Shown here in pieces: positions 24,501 to 36,834 of a stretch of DNA of 64,000 bases. Both the position numbers and the translations under genes were made by a program. Each line of letters starts with the position of its first letter. Position 1 is the stretch's first letter. The notes beneath the pieces were generated by a model. It saw nothing but the letters and a program-made list of their open reading frames with translations, made no database searches and had not been told where the DNA came from. Source of the stretch: Mobula birostris (lineage: Eukaryota); the NCBI RefSeq assembly GCF_030028105.1, contig NC_092398.1:28862424-28926423 (forward strand), given 5' to 3'.

Positions 24501-25926
24501 TAAAAAAGGAGGGAGAGAGAAACCGGGGAATTATAGACCGGTTAGCCTAACATCGGTGGTGGGGAAAATGCTAGAGTCAGTTATCAAAGATGTGATAACA
24601 GCACATTTGGAAAGCGGTGAAATCATCGGACAAAGTCAGCATGGATTTATGAAAGGAAAATCATGTCTGATGAATCTCATAGAATTTTTTGAGGATGTAA
24701 CTAGTAGAGTGGATAGGGGAGAACCAGTGGATGTGGTATATTTGGATTTTCAAAAGGCTTTTGACAAGGTCCCACACAGGAGATTAGTGTGCAAACTTAA
24801 AGCACACGGTATTGGGAGTAAGGTATTGATGTGGATAGAGATTTGGTTGGCAGACAGGAAGCAAAGAGTGGGAATAAACGGGACCTTTTCAGAATGGCAG
24901 GCAGTGACTAGTGGGATACCGCAAGGCTCAGTGCTGGGACCCCAGTTGTTTACAATATATATTAATGACTTAGATGAGGGAATTAAATGCAGCATCTCCA
25001 AGTTTGCGGATGACACGAAGCTGGGCGGCAGTGTTAGCTGTGAGGAGGATGCTAAGAGGATGCAGGGTGACTTGGATAGGTTAGGTGAGTGGGCAAATTC
25101 ATGGCAGATGCAATTTAATGTGGATAAGTGTGAGGTTATCCACTTTGGTGGCAAAAACAGGAAAACAGATTATTATCTGAATGGTTGCCAATTAGGAAAA
25201 GGGGAGGTGCAACGAGACCTGGGTGTCATTATACACCAGTCATTGAAAGTGGGCATGCAGATACAGCAGGCGGTGAAAAAGGCGAATGGTATGCTGGCAT
25301 TCATAGCAAGAGGATTCTAGTACAGGAACAGGGAGGTACTACTGCAATTGTACAAGGCCTTGGTGAGACCACACCTGGAGTATTGTGTGCAGTTTTGGTC
25401 CCCTAATCTGAGGAAAGACTTTCTTGCCATAGAGGAAGTACAAAGAAGGTTCACCAGATTGATTCCTGGGATGGCGGACTTTAAGCCTGCTGGATCGACT
25501 AGGCTTACACTCGTTGGAATTTAGAAGATTGAGGGGGGATCTTATTGAAATGTATAAAATCCTAAAGGGATTGGACAGGCTAGATGCAGGAAGTTTATTC
25601 CTGATGTTGGGGAAGTCCAGAACGAGGGGGTCACAGTTTGAGGATAAAGGGGAAGCCTTTTAGGACAGAGATTAGGAAAAACTTCTTCACACAGAGAGTG
25701 GTAAATCTGTGGAATTCTCTGCTACAGGAAACAGTTCAGGCCAGTTCATTGGCTATATTTAAGAGGAAGTTAGATATGGCCCTTGTGGCTAAAGGGATCA
25801 GGAGGTATGGAGAGAAGGCACGTACAGGTTTCTGAGTTGGATGATCAGCCATGATCATACTGAATGGCGGTGCAGGCTCGAAGGGCCGAATGGCCTACTC
25901 CTGCACCTATTTTCTATGTTTCTATG
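21522..25926 (+). mobile_element. CR1 LINE (endonuclease + RT), inserted into the Tc1 element
   Basis: APE endonuclease motifs (LCVNARSI, GITETWL, VIMGDFN) and RT motifs (DFQKAFDKVPH, QGSVLGP, FADD). (TTTCTATG)n tail ends at 25926. Frameshifts and stops present. Confidence 0.95.
22827..24144 (-). mobile_element. Solo LTR (TGTCA...TGACA) with 5-bp TSD CAGAC, inserted into the CR1
   Basis: Termini TGTCACAAC and CCATGACA. TSD CAGAC at 22822-22826 and 24145-24149. Removing the insert restores the CR1 sequence. Confidence 0.85.
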
Positions 25927-26260
25927 TCCCCTTCTAGCACAGTCACTCAGTTCTTGAGGACGGCCTGCTCTGGGCAGATTTACAGTTGTGACATATTCTC
26001 TCCATTTCTTGATGATCAACAACTGCGCTCCAAGGGATAGTCAGTGACTTGAAATTTTTCTTGTATCCATCTCCTGTCCAGGTTTTTACCTGGACACTGG
26101 CTCACGACCAGTTGGGCCTTCAAGATACAGGTACATTTTTACTGCTATCAATTCAAACACCCTGATTGCACACAGGTCTCCAAAAATAGAAAATAAATTA
26201 TGTGGCATCTAAAACGAATTAGCTGCACCAGTGATGATTTGGTGTGTCATATTAAAAGGG
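25927..26260 (-). mobile_element. Tc1 transposon, 5' part
   Basis: Minus frame reads GYKKISS...IIKKWREYVTTVNLPRAGRPQELSDCARRG, the N-terminal HTH region. Confidence 0.85.
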
Positions 26261-26429
26261 GTGAATAGGAAGTTTATACAGCTTTACATGTGGCTAATGA
26301 GTTGATGTAGGAGGAAGTGCATAAGAATTTTGGATGACAATGCCAGAAGGGGACAAGTGAGGGAGGACACTAAGAGATCTATGACAACTCTGGAGGAGTT
26401 ACAAGCTTTAGTGGCTGAAATGCGAGAGA

Positions 26430-26640
26430 TGGGAAGGTGGGATCTGTACAGAAGAGATGGTTTACACCTGAACGGGGAGGGGATTAATATCCTAGTGGGA
26501 AGGTTTGCTGGTGCTTCACGGTGGAGTTTAAACTAGAGTTGCAGGGGGATGGGAACTAGAGTGCCAGAACAGCTAGCGGAGAGATTGTTGAGACAGATGT
26601 TGGTAAGAGCTCAGACTGAGCCAGGAATCTAAAGGTTGAG
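26430..26640 (+). mobile_element. CR1 ORF1 (SGNH esterase) fragment
   Basis: WDLYRRDGLHLNGEGINILVGRFAGA. Confidence 0.7.
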
Positions 26641-26659
26641 TGTCCTGACCTTTAACTTT

Positions 26660-27620
26660 ACATTACCTCACTGTATTTTATTGTCGCCAAACAATTGATA
26701 CTCGAGTGTACAATCATCATAGCGATATTTGATTCTGCGTTTCGCGCTCCCTGGAGTACAAATCGATAGTAAATGTTAAAAATTTAAATTATAAGTCATA
26801 AATAGAAAATAGAGAAGGGAAAGTAAGGTAGTGAAAAAAAAAACAAGAGGCACGTCCGGATATTCGGAGGGTACGGCCCAGATCTAGGTCAGGATCCGTT
26901 CAGCAGTCTTATCACAGTTGGAAAGAAACTGTGCCCAAATCTGGCTGTACGAGTCTTCTAGCTCCTGAGCCTTCTCCCGGAGGGAAGAGGGAGGAAAAGT
27001 GTGTTGGCTGGGTGGGTCGTGTCCTTGATTATCTTGGCAGCACTGCTCCAACAGTGTGCATGTTAAAGTGAGTCCAAGGACCGAATATTGGTTTGTGTGA
27101 TGTGCTGGGCTGTGTTCACGATCTTCTGCAGCTTCTTCCAGTCTTGGACGGGACAGCTTCCATGCCAGGTTGTGATGTACCCAAGAAGAATGCTTTCCAC
27201 GGTTATAAAAATTAGTGAGGGTTTCAGCGGACAGGCCAAATTTCTTTAGCTTTCTCAGGAAGTAAAGGCGCTGGTAGGCCTTCTTGGCAGTGGGCTCTGC
27301 TTGGTTGGACCAAGTCAGGTCATTTGTGATAGTGGCCCCAAGACACTTAAAGCTTTTGACCTGTTTCACTTGCACACCACTGATGTAAATGGGGTCGTGC
27401 GGTCCGCTACTCCATCTGAAGTCAACAACCAATTCCTTCGTCTTGCTGATGTTGAGAGATAGGTTATTGTCTTTGCCAGGTTCACTAGGTTGTTAATTTC
27501 CTCTCTGTACTCAAAGTCATCATTACCCGAGATATGGCCTACAATTGTGGTGTCATCAGCAAGTTTATACATTGAGTTTGATGGAAACCTGGCTACACAA
27601 TCATGGGTGTACAGTTAGCT
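26660..27620 (-). mobile_element. Rex1/Babar LINE 3' part
   Basis: YKLADDTTIVG, MVVDFR...SFKCLGATITNDLTWS...KAYQRLYFLRKLKKF. Confidence 0.85.
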
Positions 27621-28100
27621 GTGTATATTTCAATGCAAGAGGTAGCGTAGGAAAGGTGGATGAGCTTAGGGCATGGATTAACACTTGGAGTTATGATATT
27701 ATAGCCATTGGTGAGACCTGGTTGTAGGAGGGGCAGGACTGGCAGCTCAATATTCCAGGGTCTGTTTTAGATGAAACAGAGTAGGATGGTTTAAAGCAGG
27801 AGGGGTGGCATTACTAGTCAAGGAAAATGTCACAGCAGTGCTCAATCGAGACAGACTGGGGAACTCGTCTAGTGAGGCACTCTGAGAAAAATAAAGGTAT
27901 GACTATGTTCATGGGACTATATTACAGACAACCCAACAGTCTGAGGGATTTAGAGGAATAAATCTGTAGAGAGATCACAGACAGTTTCAAGAAACATAAG
28001 GTTGTTATAGAAGGTGATTTTAACTTTACACACATTGACTGGGACTCCCATGCTGTAAAAGGACGAGATGGGATAGAGTTCGTCAAATTAGGGCAGGTGA
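27620..28100 (+). mobile_element. CR1 endonuclease N-terminal fragment
   Basis: CVYFNARGSVGKVDELRAWINTWSYDIIAIGETWL. Confidence 0.75.
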
Positions 28101-28109
28101 CAGAAGTTT

Positions 28110-29240
28110 CTGTAGGTCAGTGTTTTCTAACAGGTTTCAGCCCAATGCCCTCCTAAAGCACCTTCATACTTACCACAATGTACTTTCCGGCACCCCCATA
28201 GTGCAGAAACATGTCTACAATATGCTAACATGAGAAAACTGATTCTGCTTTAAATTCTTGTTTGTCTTTAAACCTCGCTTACACTGTACCTACACACTGC
28301 ACAGCAGCTTTGATATCGATATGAGCCCTGACCTTGAAGGTTTTTAGCAAGAGTTGAAATATCTGATTCAAGTTGTGACAGCAAAAGCCTTAAGTCCCCA
28401 CATATAACAATGACCAAGCAGTTCTGCTTTTGTGAATTTGTGATTCACTGCACTGAAGCATCTTTCAACAGGGTAGGAGGATGGAAATGCAATAAGGAGC
28501 TGTTTGGCTCTTCTCCAAAGACCATGAAACTTTCTATGACAGTATTGCCAAATATCACAAAAGCCGACAGTTTTGAAAAGCATTTTTGCATTTTCATCAC
28601 ACTGAATTTCAATCATTTCTTCTTGCGAGCTCCCTTGCTGTTCTTCCACCTTGCAAAGAAATGGGTTAAACGCCCAGTCCGGAATTTATAGATCGTTCAA
28701 ATTCATTCAGAAAATCCTTCTTCAGTGACTGCAGGTGTAAGCAGTACTTTTGCAAATCATCATCTGTGAAAAGGAGTGCCATACTTTCCATGCAGGGAAA
28801 CGATGAGAACATTTTTCTCCTAATGTTTTACTCATATATTTCCAACTTTCTGATAAAAGCGGACACTGCACTTTTTGCCTGGATTAAATTGAAATTCTCG
28901 TTTATATTTAGAATGTTCATTTCGCCATATAGATTGGCTAGGTATGCCAAATCTCCATGTAGTAGTTCCCCAAGCTGTTGTCTACTTTGAGCAAAAGTTC
29001 AGACACAGTGGCAAAAAGATCAAAGAAGTATTTTCAATAACAGACCTTTAATAGCCAATGCACCTCAGTGTAAAGAAACAAGCATTTAAAATTTTCATCA
29101 TTATCTTGGCATAACTGGCAAAATATTCCGCTATTTAAAGGATGAACTTTAATTTTGTTGCTAGCAGATATTACAAGAGTCATGCTTGAAAAAAGTCGCC
29201 GATTGAGGTTTTTGGCTCAAAATGTTGACGATGATTTAGA
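28110..29240 (-). mobile_element. hAT (Charlie-like) transposase fragment
   Basis: ORF 28368-28649 reads LWRRAKQLLIAFPSSYPVERCFSAV, the hAT dimerisation motif. Confidence 0.75.
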
Positions 29241-29879
29241 CTAGTGGTGGCCAACATTTTTAAGCCCAAGGTCCCCTACGTCGGCCTTAGTGAAAGGCAA
29301 GATGTACCTACTAAATCGTTTACAGAGAAAACAGCTCAGATTGTACTTCCAACTTGAGGTCTTTTATTTGGGCTAATTGTACTTGAATTACATAAAATGC
29401 TTTTGTCAAACTTTCAAATTATTTCAACCAAGAAAACACTGTAACTAGCATATCAAACAGGCCATAGCTGACTTTCTTTAAGGATATTACAATACCTCAT
29501 ACCTTTAATTCTAAGATTCTTTATTTAATTTTATTTCAACACGAAAAATAAATGAATAAAAATTGACTGTTGCACTCAGTGTGATGACTGGGGCTCAATA
29601 CTTTCTGCTAGTTCCCTGAATTTTGGCTCAGAACTACAGACAGCCAGTCTGAGACAGTCTGTGAGGTGTCTGACAGTAAGACAGCACCTTCTTTACTAAC
29701 CCTATAGTCAAATTAAGAATTATAAAGCTCAATTGTTTAATTGCATATTGTGTATTGTTTGTTATTTCGTGGTACTGATTTGTAACAGGGGAACACCATG
29801 CAGATTCCACCCAAACAAGATTTCTCAAGTTTGGGCCGGACCGGACGTGTCTTTCCTGAGAGTGATCTGCTCGCCAAGC

Positions 29880-30310
29880 CTAAGGGTTACACGAGTATTG
29901 TTCCTGTAAAACCACAGGCTCTTATCTTCTTAAGCAGCTTTATGTGTGGCAACTTGTCAAAGGCCTTCTGAAGATCGAAGTACACAAAACCCACTGACTC
30001 TCCTTTGTCTACCCTGCCTGTTATTTCCTCAATGAATTCCAACAGATTCGTCAGGCAAGATATCTCCTTAAGGAAACCATGGCCTATTTTATCACGTGCC
30101 TCTAAGTACCACAAAACCTCTTCCTTGACAATCGGCTCCAACATTTTCCCAACCACTTCCTTTCTTTTGCCTCTCTCCCTTCTTGAAGAGTGGAGTGACA
30201 TTTGCAATTTTCCAGTACTCCAGAACCATTCATAAATCTAGTGATTCTTGAAAGATCATGATTAACGTCTCCACGATCTCTACAGCCGCCTTTATTCAGA
30301 TCCCTGGAGA
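29880..30310 (-). mobile_element. CR1 RT fragment
   Basis: GKMLEPIVKE...CLTNLLEFIEEIT...YFDLQKAFDKLPH. Confidence 0.85.
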
Positions 30311-31727
30311 GTAGTCTATCTCAACCTTATTCCCTATCCCGCAGAACATTCTCTGTTGCTGTGACATTTTATTCTGAATTCTTTTCTTATTTTACCTTGT
30401 TCTACCTCAATGCACCGTGTGATCTGCATGAACGTTTGTTATGTGCTTTGGTGCATGTGACAACAGTAAATCAACTTGAGGGTGACTTTATACAGCTTTT
30501 GGAGTGTATGGGGTGTCAGGGAGGGGTATCACCTTTTGTGGGGGAACATGTCGCGTCATTTTCAAGGTCGTTAGTCTACCTTTGGTCCCCACCTGGCACT
30601 CAGCTCTCACCTGTGGCTCCCTGTAGCTGTTTGCATGCGACAGCAGCCACACCCCGGGCAACGGCTAAACTAGGTGAGGGTAGCCGACGGGTCTCAAACC
30701 CTCGGTGAGATAGGGTGTTGTCTATACCTGCTTCTATCTGGCAGATTGAGTAGACAAGACCAATGGAAGGTCCAACAGTCAAGAAGGCGGTCTCTGTAAG
30801 CATCGTGGAATGTGAAAAGACACAGAAGATGTCCTGGTTATCCACTGTGCCTAGTCCCACCTCCAGCCATCTCAAATCTGTCTTGCCACTGGACCCAGAT
30901 GGGAATTGGGAACAGAGAGTGAAGCTGACGCTGCGTAACTCTCCCTCGCTTAAATCCAAATCACGCACTAGTCTCGACACCAGGTGGTGTCGAGGTCTTC
31001 ATCGATGTCGACGATGGACGAACAGAAAAGTCACCCCAGATTGTCATCATGACCCTTCTCACAGCACCTGCCCTTGCAACTGCCATATGCCAGAAGAGAC
31101 CATAAGACACAGGAGTAGTGTTAGGCCATTCAGCCCATCAATTATGTTCTGCCTTTCCATCTTCCCATTTCCCCTCTCTGCCTCATTCTCCAGCCTTGTC
31201 CCATAAATTTTGACAACCAAGAACCTATCAGCTTCCACTTTAAATTACCCATTGACTTGCCTCCACAGCCAACTGCGGCAATGAATTTTACAGTTTCACC
31301 ACTAAAGAAATTCCTCCTGATCTCTATTCTAAAGTGATCTCCTATTGTGAAGCTGTGCCCTCTGGTCCTGGACTCCCCCACGATAGGAAACATCCTCTCC
31401 ACGTCTTCTCTATCTAGGCCTTTCACTATTTGGCAGGTTACAATGAAACTCCCCCCTCACTCTTCTAAACCCCAGTGACTTCAGGCCTGGAGAAATCAAA
31501 CACTCCTCATATGTTAACTCTTTCATTCCTGGGATCATTCTCATGAGCCTCCAATGCCAGCAAATGTTTTCTTAGTTAAAGGGACCAAAACTGCTCACAA
31601 TACTCTGACCTCTTCCCGTCCCATCATCTTGGGACCTGATTACTCCTTGCGGGGCAAGAAGTAATTCACTTACATTTTTTCCAGTCTAGTCTACTGCATT
31701 CAGTATTCACGCTGTGGTTTCTTTTAG

Positions 31728-31753
31728 GCCCGAGTAACCAAACATAGATTCGG
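31728..31753 (+). pseudogene. Candidate cytoplasmic-tail microexon (possibly of the WB remnant)
   Basis: ggtttcttttag|GCCCGAGTAACCAAACATAGATTCGG|GTGAGT, with strong sites on both sides. Phase-1 entry gives GPSNQT*. Assignment to WB is inference. Confidence 0.3.
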
Positions 31754-32194
31754 GTGAGTGGCAGATTCACTCAGTGGGGGGTGGGGGTGTGAGCTGAGAC
31801 CTCCCATTCCCCGTTCCTGTCATTGGAACAGCCCCCAGATTGCTGGAGGGAAATCAATGGCTTGAGTAGAAGTGACAGGGGGTCAGGGAGCGGGGTGCAA
31901 CGGTGAGGGAAACTCTCGTTTCCACAGCACCAGAACATAAAAGCAAGGATGCAATGCTGAGGCTTTTTAAAGCATCAGTCAGACTACACTTGGAGTATCG
32001 AGAACACTTTTGTGCCCTTATCAAAGGAAATATGTGCTGGAACTAATTCTAAGTCCCTAAACTAAATCCTGAACTTTTACCGCAAATTTATAACAGATGT
32101 AAGGAGTAACATGATGACTGGAGATGAGGGAGACTAGGGACCAGATCAGGGTCAGGGACAGAGGGATTAGAATTAGTGTTATAAATTGGGGTAT

Positions 32195-32890
32195 GTGTGT
32201 GTGTCTCTCTTTCTCTATCTCTCTCTCTCTCTGTCACCCTGTCTGCCTCTCCCTTCCTCTCTGTCTCCCCCAGTGCTCTGTCCAAACCGCCCCCCCAGCT
32301 CTGTCCACCCCACTACCTCCCACTTTGTTTCCACCCCACTCCATCTCTCCCACCTGCACTGACTCCCCCTCTCCATCTCCCTCTCCCCTCCACCTGTCTC
32401 TCTCCCTCTCTGTCCCCTCTGTTTTTCTTTCTCTCTCTCTCCCTACCTGTGGTCCTCCCTCCTTTCCCTCTTCATCTCCCTCTCTCATTCCCAGAAATCT
32501 GTCCACCCCCGCTCAATCTTTCCCCCAGCAAGTCCAAGTCCTCCACTTGCTCCATCTCCCCAGCCTGCTGTCTCCCCCATCTGCCCTGACACCCCCTCTC
32601 CCTTTCTTTCTGCCAACCTCCCTCTCTTCCCCCGTTTGCCTCTCTATCTGTCTACCTCCCTCTTCCACTCCGTCGTCCTCCCTCTTTCCACCTTCATCTC
32701 CTTCTCTCTCTTTATCAGTCTTTCTCTCTGTTAATGTCCCCTTCTATGTCCCTCCCTGTTTTGGCCCCTTTTCTCTCTCCCCCCCTCTCTCTCTCCCTCT
32801 CCCTGCCCCTTTGTTGTTGGCCTCAAGTTCATGTTTCTGGCTCAGGGCAGCTGCCACCCCCCCCTCCCCCGCCCCCCTCCACCCCGGGAC
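32195..32890 (+). repeat. About 700-bp CT-rich low-complexity (polypyrimidine) tract
   Basis: Almost only C and T on the plus strand, with embedded (CT)n runs. Confidence 0.9.
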
Positions 32891-34059
32891 TTGAGTGTTG
32901 TCAAGGTAACGATTGTTACCAACTCGCACCTGTAGCTTGATCTACCTTGGTGCCCCATTGGTGTCTACTGAGCGGCCACTCATCACGACGGTGTGACCAT
33001 TTCGTTCACCTCTCGTTCTGCTTGGAGCCTGTCTTTTTGCCTCTTCACGGTAGAACAATGGATGCGTCGTCGTTTATTGTTTATTTGCTGCGGTTTGAGA
33101 GAAGCAGACGGCTAAACATTCTATTTCTACTCAAGGAGCCGGAAGACCCGGAAGAAAGGCAGCCAGACCATGAGGCAGTAGCCAGCAATGGGATGAACGG
33201 CGGTGGGGAGCCCTCGCTATTCCAGCTGCGGCCCGTGTGTGCCCTGGCGAAGAACCTCTATCTGCGGAGGTGCGTCGCCCTGTGGCCGATCCCGAGGGAG
33301 AGGAACTGGAGCTGGCAAAGGAACCTGCAGGTCAATTTGCCCCAGTAGAGGTGTGAGCTGAGTGCAGACCTTCCTCCTCCCAGGGTCGCCCCACAACGTC
33401 ACAAGCACCGTGGAGGAGCTCGCCGCTGCCGAGGGTGAGGATTTTCCGGCCACCTCTCCACGCCAGGCGGACGGTTGACATCGAAGAGTAGCAGGAGACT
33501 GTCCTCCACGGAGAGAAATCGGGCTTTCCTAACAATCAAGTGAGCGGCAGTGTCCAAGAAAGATCCTTTGGTCACTTTGCCGTCCTTTCAATGGAACTCA
33601 GTGCGCGTTTCCAGAAGGCACTTTGGTGTCGGCTGAGGAATGATTTGCTAAGACTTGAAACTTTACAAGTTGCCTGACTGTAAATAATTTTGTTGTAAAT
33701 AATTCCTTATTAATATATCACTATACTAAATAATTTCATTATAAATCATCATAGGTTAAGTAATAGAACAGTTTTTGCTTTGTATGCTTTCCAGATTCCA
33801 TAAGTACATCAAGTCAGTTCTGAACAAAAAACGAAACGGAGAATATACGCTCAGTGTAAATGCCGCCCGCCGCCAATAAAGCGGCCACTGAGTGTGTTTC
33901 CGTGGCCTTCCACTGTTGTATTCAACGTTCAAGGGTCGGCATTTTATGCGTTCAGAAATGCTCTTCTGCACACGGGTGGTTATTTGAGTTACTCTCACGT
34001 TCCTGTCACCTTGAACCTGTTTCCTCTCAACTCTGTAACAACGCAAGGCTGAGGGGAGA

Positions 34060-34420
34060 ACGCAGGGCCGAGGGGAGAGAGTGGGGCAGGGACACAGGGC
34101 AGTGAGAGCTCGGTGACTGACGCGGGGCTGAAGGGAGAGAGCGGGGCAGTGAGAGCCCAGTTACTGACACGGGGCTGAGGAGAGAACGCGGGGCAGTGAC
34201 AGCCCGGTGACTTACACGGGGCTGAGGGGAGAGAGTGGGACAGTGAGTATCCAGTGACTGACGCGGGACAGTGAGGATCCGCTGCTTTACGCGGGGCTAA
34301 GGGGAGAACGCGGGGCAGTGGGATTAGTTTGGGGATTGGCAAAGGGCTGTGAATAGAGAGTGGAATAGTGGGATTCGTTTGACACAGGGCTCAGGGGAGA
34401 GATTGGGGCAGTGAGAGGAG
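34060..34420. repeat. Degenerate G-rich tandem repeat (GGGCTGAGGGGAGA...GGGCAGTGA)
   Basis: About 7-8 diverged units read by eye. Confidence 0.7.
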
Positions 34421-36834
34421 ACCATAAGATATAGGAGCAGAATTAGGCCATTTGGCCCATCAAGTCTGCTCCACCATTTCATCATGGCTGATCCAATTTT
34501 CTGTCAACCCCAGTCTCCTGCCTTCTGAGAGGAAAATTGGATCAGCCATGATGAGATGGCGGAGCAAACTCACGGGGCCAAATGGCCTAATTAGTCTGTG
34601 AACATATAGACAAACAGATGTGGGGAGACTGACACAAGAACTTATCCAAACACTGGGTTGTTCCCCACACTAGGAGAGATGTGTGCTGGGATTAGTGTGA
34701 GGACTGGGTCAGTGAACACTGACTTCTGGTTCCTGGCTATTGACTACAAACTGAGTGAGTCCAGATTGCCAACTCCAGAGTGACTTCTGAGATGTGACCA
34801 CTGCTTGCCCCAGTTTCCCAGGTTAATTTGAAGGTTAAGTGAATGATAAGGAAGGCAAATTCAATGTTAGCAGCCATTTCCGGAGGGCTAGAATATAAAA
34901 GCAAGGATTTAATGCTGAGGATTTAAAGGCATTGGTCAAACCACACTTGAAGTATCGTGAGTAGTTTGGGCCCCTTATCTAAGAAAGCATCTGCTAGCAT
35001 TGAAGGGGGATCCAAAGGAGGTTCACAAACATGATCCTGGGAATGAAAGGGTTAATGTAAGAGGAGCATTTGATTGCTCTGGGTCTGTACTTGCTGGAGT
35101 TTAGGAGAATGAAGTGGAGAATTTTAATGAAATCCATCGAACATTGTAATCTGCCTGTCCAGTCAATACCTCTTATCACCTTTAACACCTTTATCAAGTC
35201 ACCTCTAATTCTTCCTCGCTCTAAACAAAATAGCACTAGTTCACTCATTCTATCCTCGTAAGGCACTCTCTCTAATCCAGGCAGCAAATCTAACTTGAAC
35301 TCCTTATAAAGCTTCCATATCCTTCCTGTAACGAGGAGATCAGAACTGAATACACTGTTTCGAGTTTGGTCTAACCAGGGTTTAATGGAGCCGCAACATC
35401 ACCCTGTGGCTCTTGAACGCAAGTTCATCAATCTGCAGCGTGTTTGGAGTGTGGCAGGAAACCGGAGCGCTCGGAGGAAACCCACGCAGTCGTGGGTGAC
35501 TTGCTGACAGTGATGGGGTTTGAACCCTGGTTGTGATCGCTGGACAAATGCATGACATGTCCCTGCTCCTCTACAGCGTTCCATGACTGCTGGAGGCCAG
35601 CATGCCAAACACCACCTTCAACACCCAGTGACCATCCAGCATCAGCGACTCCTACTTTTCACTACCACCTTCGGGAAGGTAGGTGCAGGAGCCTTAAGTC
35701 CCACACCACCAGGTTCAGGAACAGGTATTACCCTTCAGCCATCAAGTTCCATGGTTCCATGATATAAGACGAGAAATTCATACTCGGAAAGCTTTCATCC
35801 ATTTCTTTTTATTGATCTAATGAACTAATAGAGGTCATGGATTAATACAGCACAGAAATAGGCCCCTCGGCCCAACATATCTGTACCAACCATAGTGCCC
35901 ACTAAGTTTATGCCACTTGGTACGTGTCCCACAGAACCCGTCCTACCCATGTACTGAACCAGCTCTGTTTAAGGACCCCCACCCCGTCGCTCACAAAGGG
36001 ACTAGTCCAAGAATAGGAACATCGGCCTCACATTATTAGTCAACAGTTGTCATGGGTCGTTCAAAGAAAGCTGTCACAGTACCTTTTTTTTAATTACTGA
36101 ATATACATACTTTATCAATTTAAACATTTTAATTGCTATAAGCGTCTCTATGTCTCCTTGTTTTAAGTATGTAGTATTAATTTGTAATGCTTCTGATTGT
36201 TAAAGGCTGTCTCAGTATCTTAACGAGGCACATTAATTAGTTTGGACAGAAGCCAGAGTATTCAAGAATTGTTGTCATGAGAGGAGTTGGCTTATTAACC
36301 TGTCAAAAGCTCCTCCTGCCATGCCAGTCATTGATTGGCTCATTCAAAGGATGAGGCAGTTCTTTTCCATTGGTTGACTTGTGTGCCGTGGCATCGGTTT
36401 CCAGTTCCGGGAGGCTTAGGGGTATAAGAATGGCACGTGCGAGAGACTCGCTCCCTTTCCTCTGTCTTCAGGGGCTCGCTTCAGGCTGAAGTCCCGACCA
36501 GCGCTGAAGGACCATTGGGAAAGAGTGTTGCAGACAGAGACAGGCCCCCACTTTTGTTTAGTTAAGTACTCATTTGTAGCATGCTTGGTCGGGGAGATTT
36601 ATTGGAGTAAAAGTTTCTAGATGTTTCATATTGTGGCCCTTTGTAGTTTAAGGTAGTTTAGACAAGCACTAGTTTCGCTAGATACCTGGTTTAGTGTTTC
36701 ACTTCCAATGTATTTATAAATAGTTAACATATTCACGCGCAATCTGTGTTGTCTGGTTCGCTCACTGGAACCTTGAACCTGTTACCATGTTACGATTGGG
36801 AAGAGTGAATGGGAACCAGAACTTTTAGGGTTAA

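Noticed and set aside
24037-25320. 427-aa RT ORF as an active or domesticated gene
   Set aside because: It is part of a CR1 whose ORF2 is split by an LTR and ends prematurely. The ORF start lies within the LTR.
32124-32894. 256-aa Pro/Ser/Leu-rich ORF
   Set aside because: Translation of the CT-rich low-complexity tract.
33300-33330. GAGKGT P-loop-like hexapeptide on the plus strand
   Set aside because: No preceding hydrophobic beta strand and no other kinase motif. The frame is closed by nearby stops, so it is likely chance.
36050-36795. Solo LTR (starts TGTCATGG, has a TATA-like GGGTATAAGA)
   Set aside because: The 3' terminus is ambiguous and no matching TSD was found, so it was not listed as a feature.
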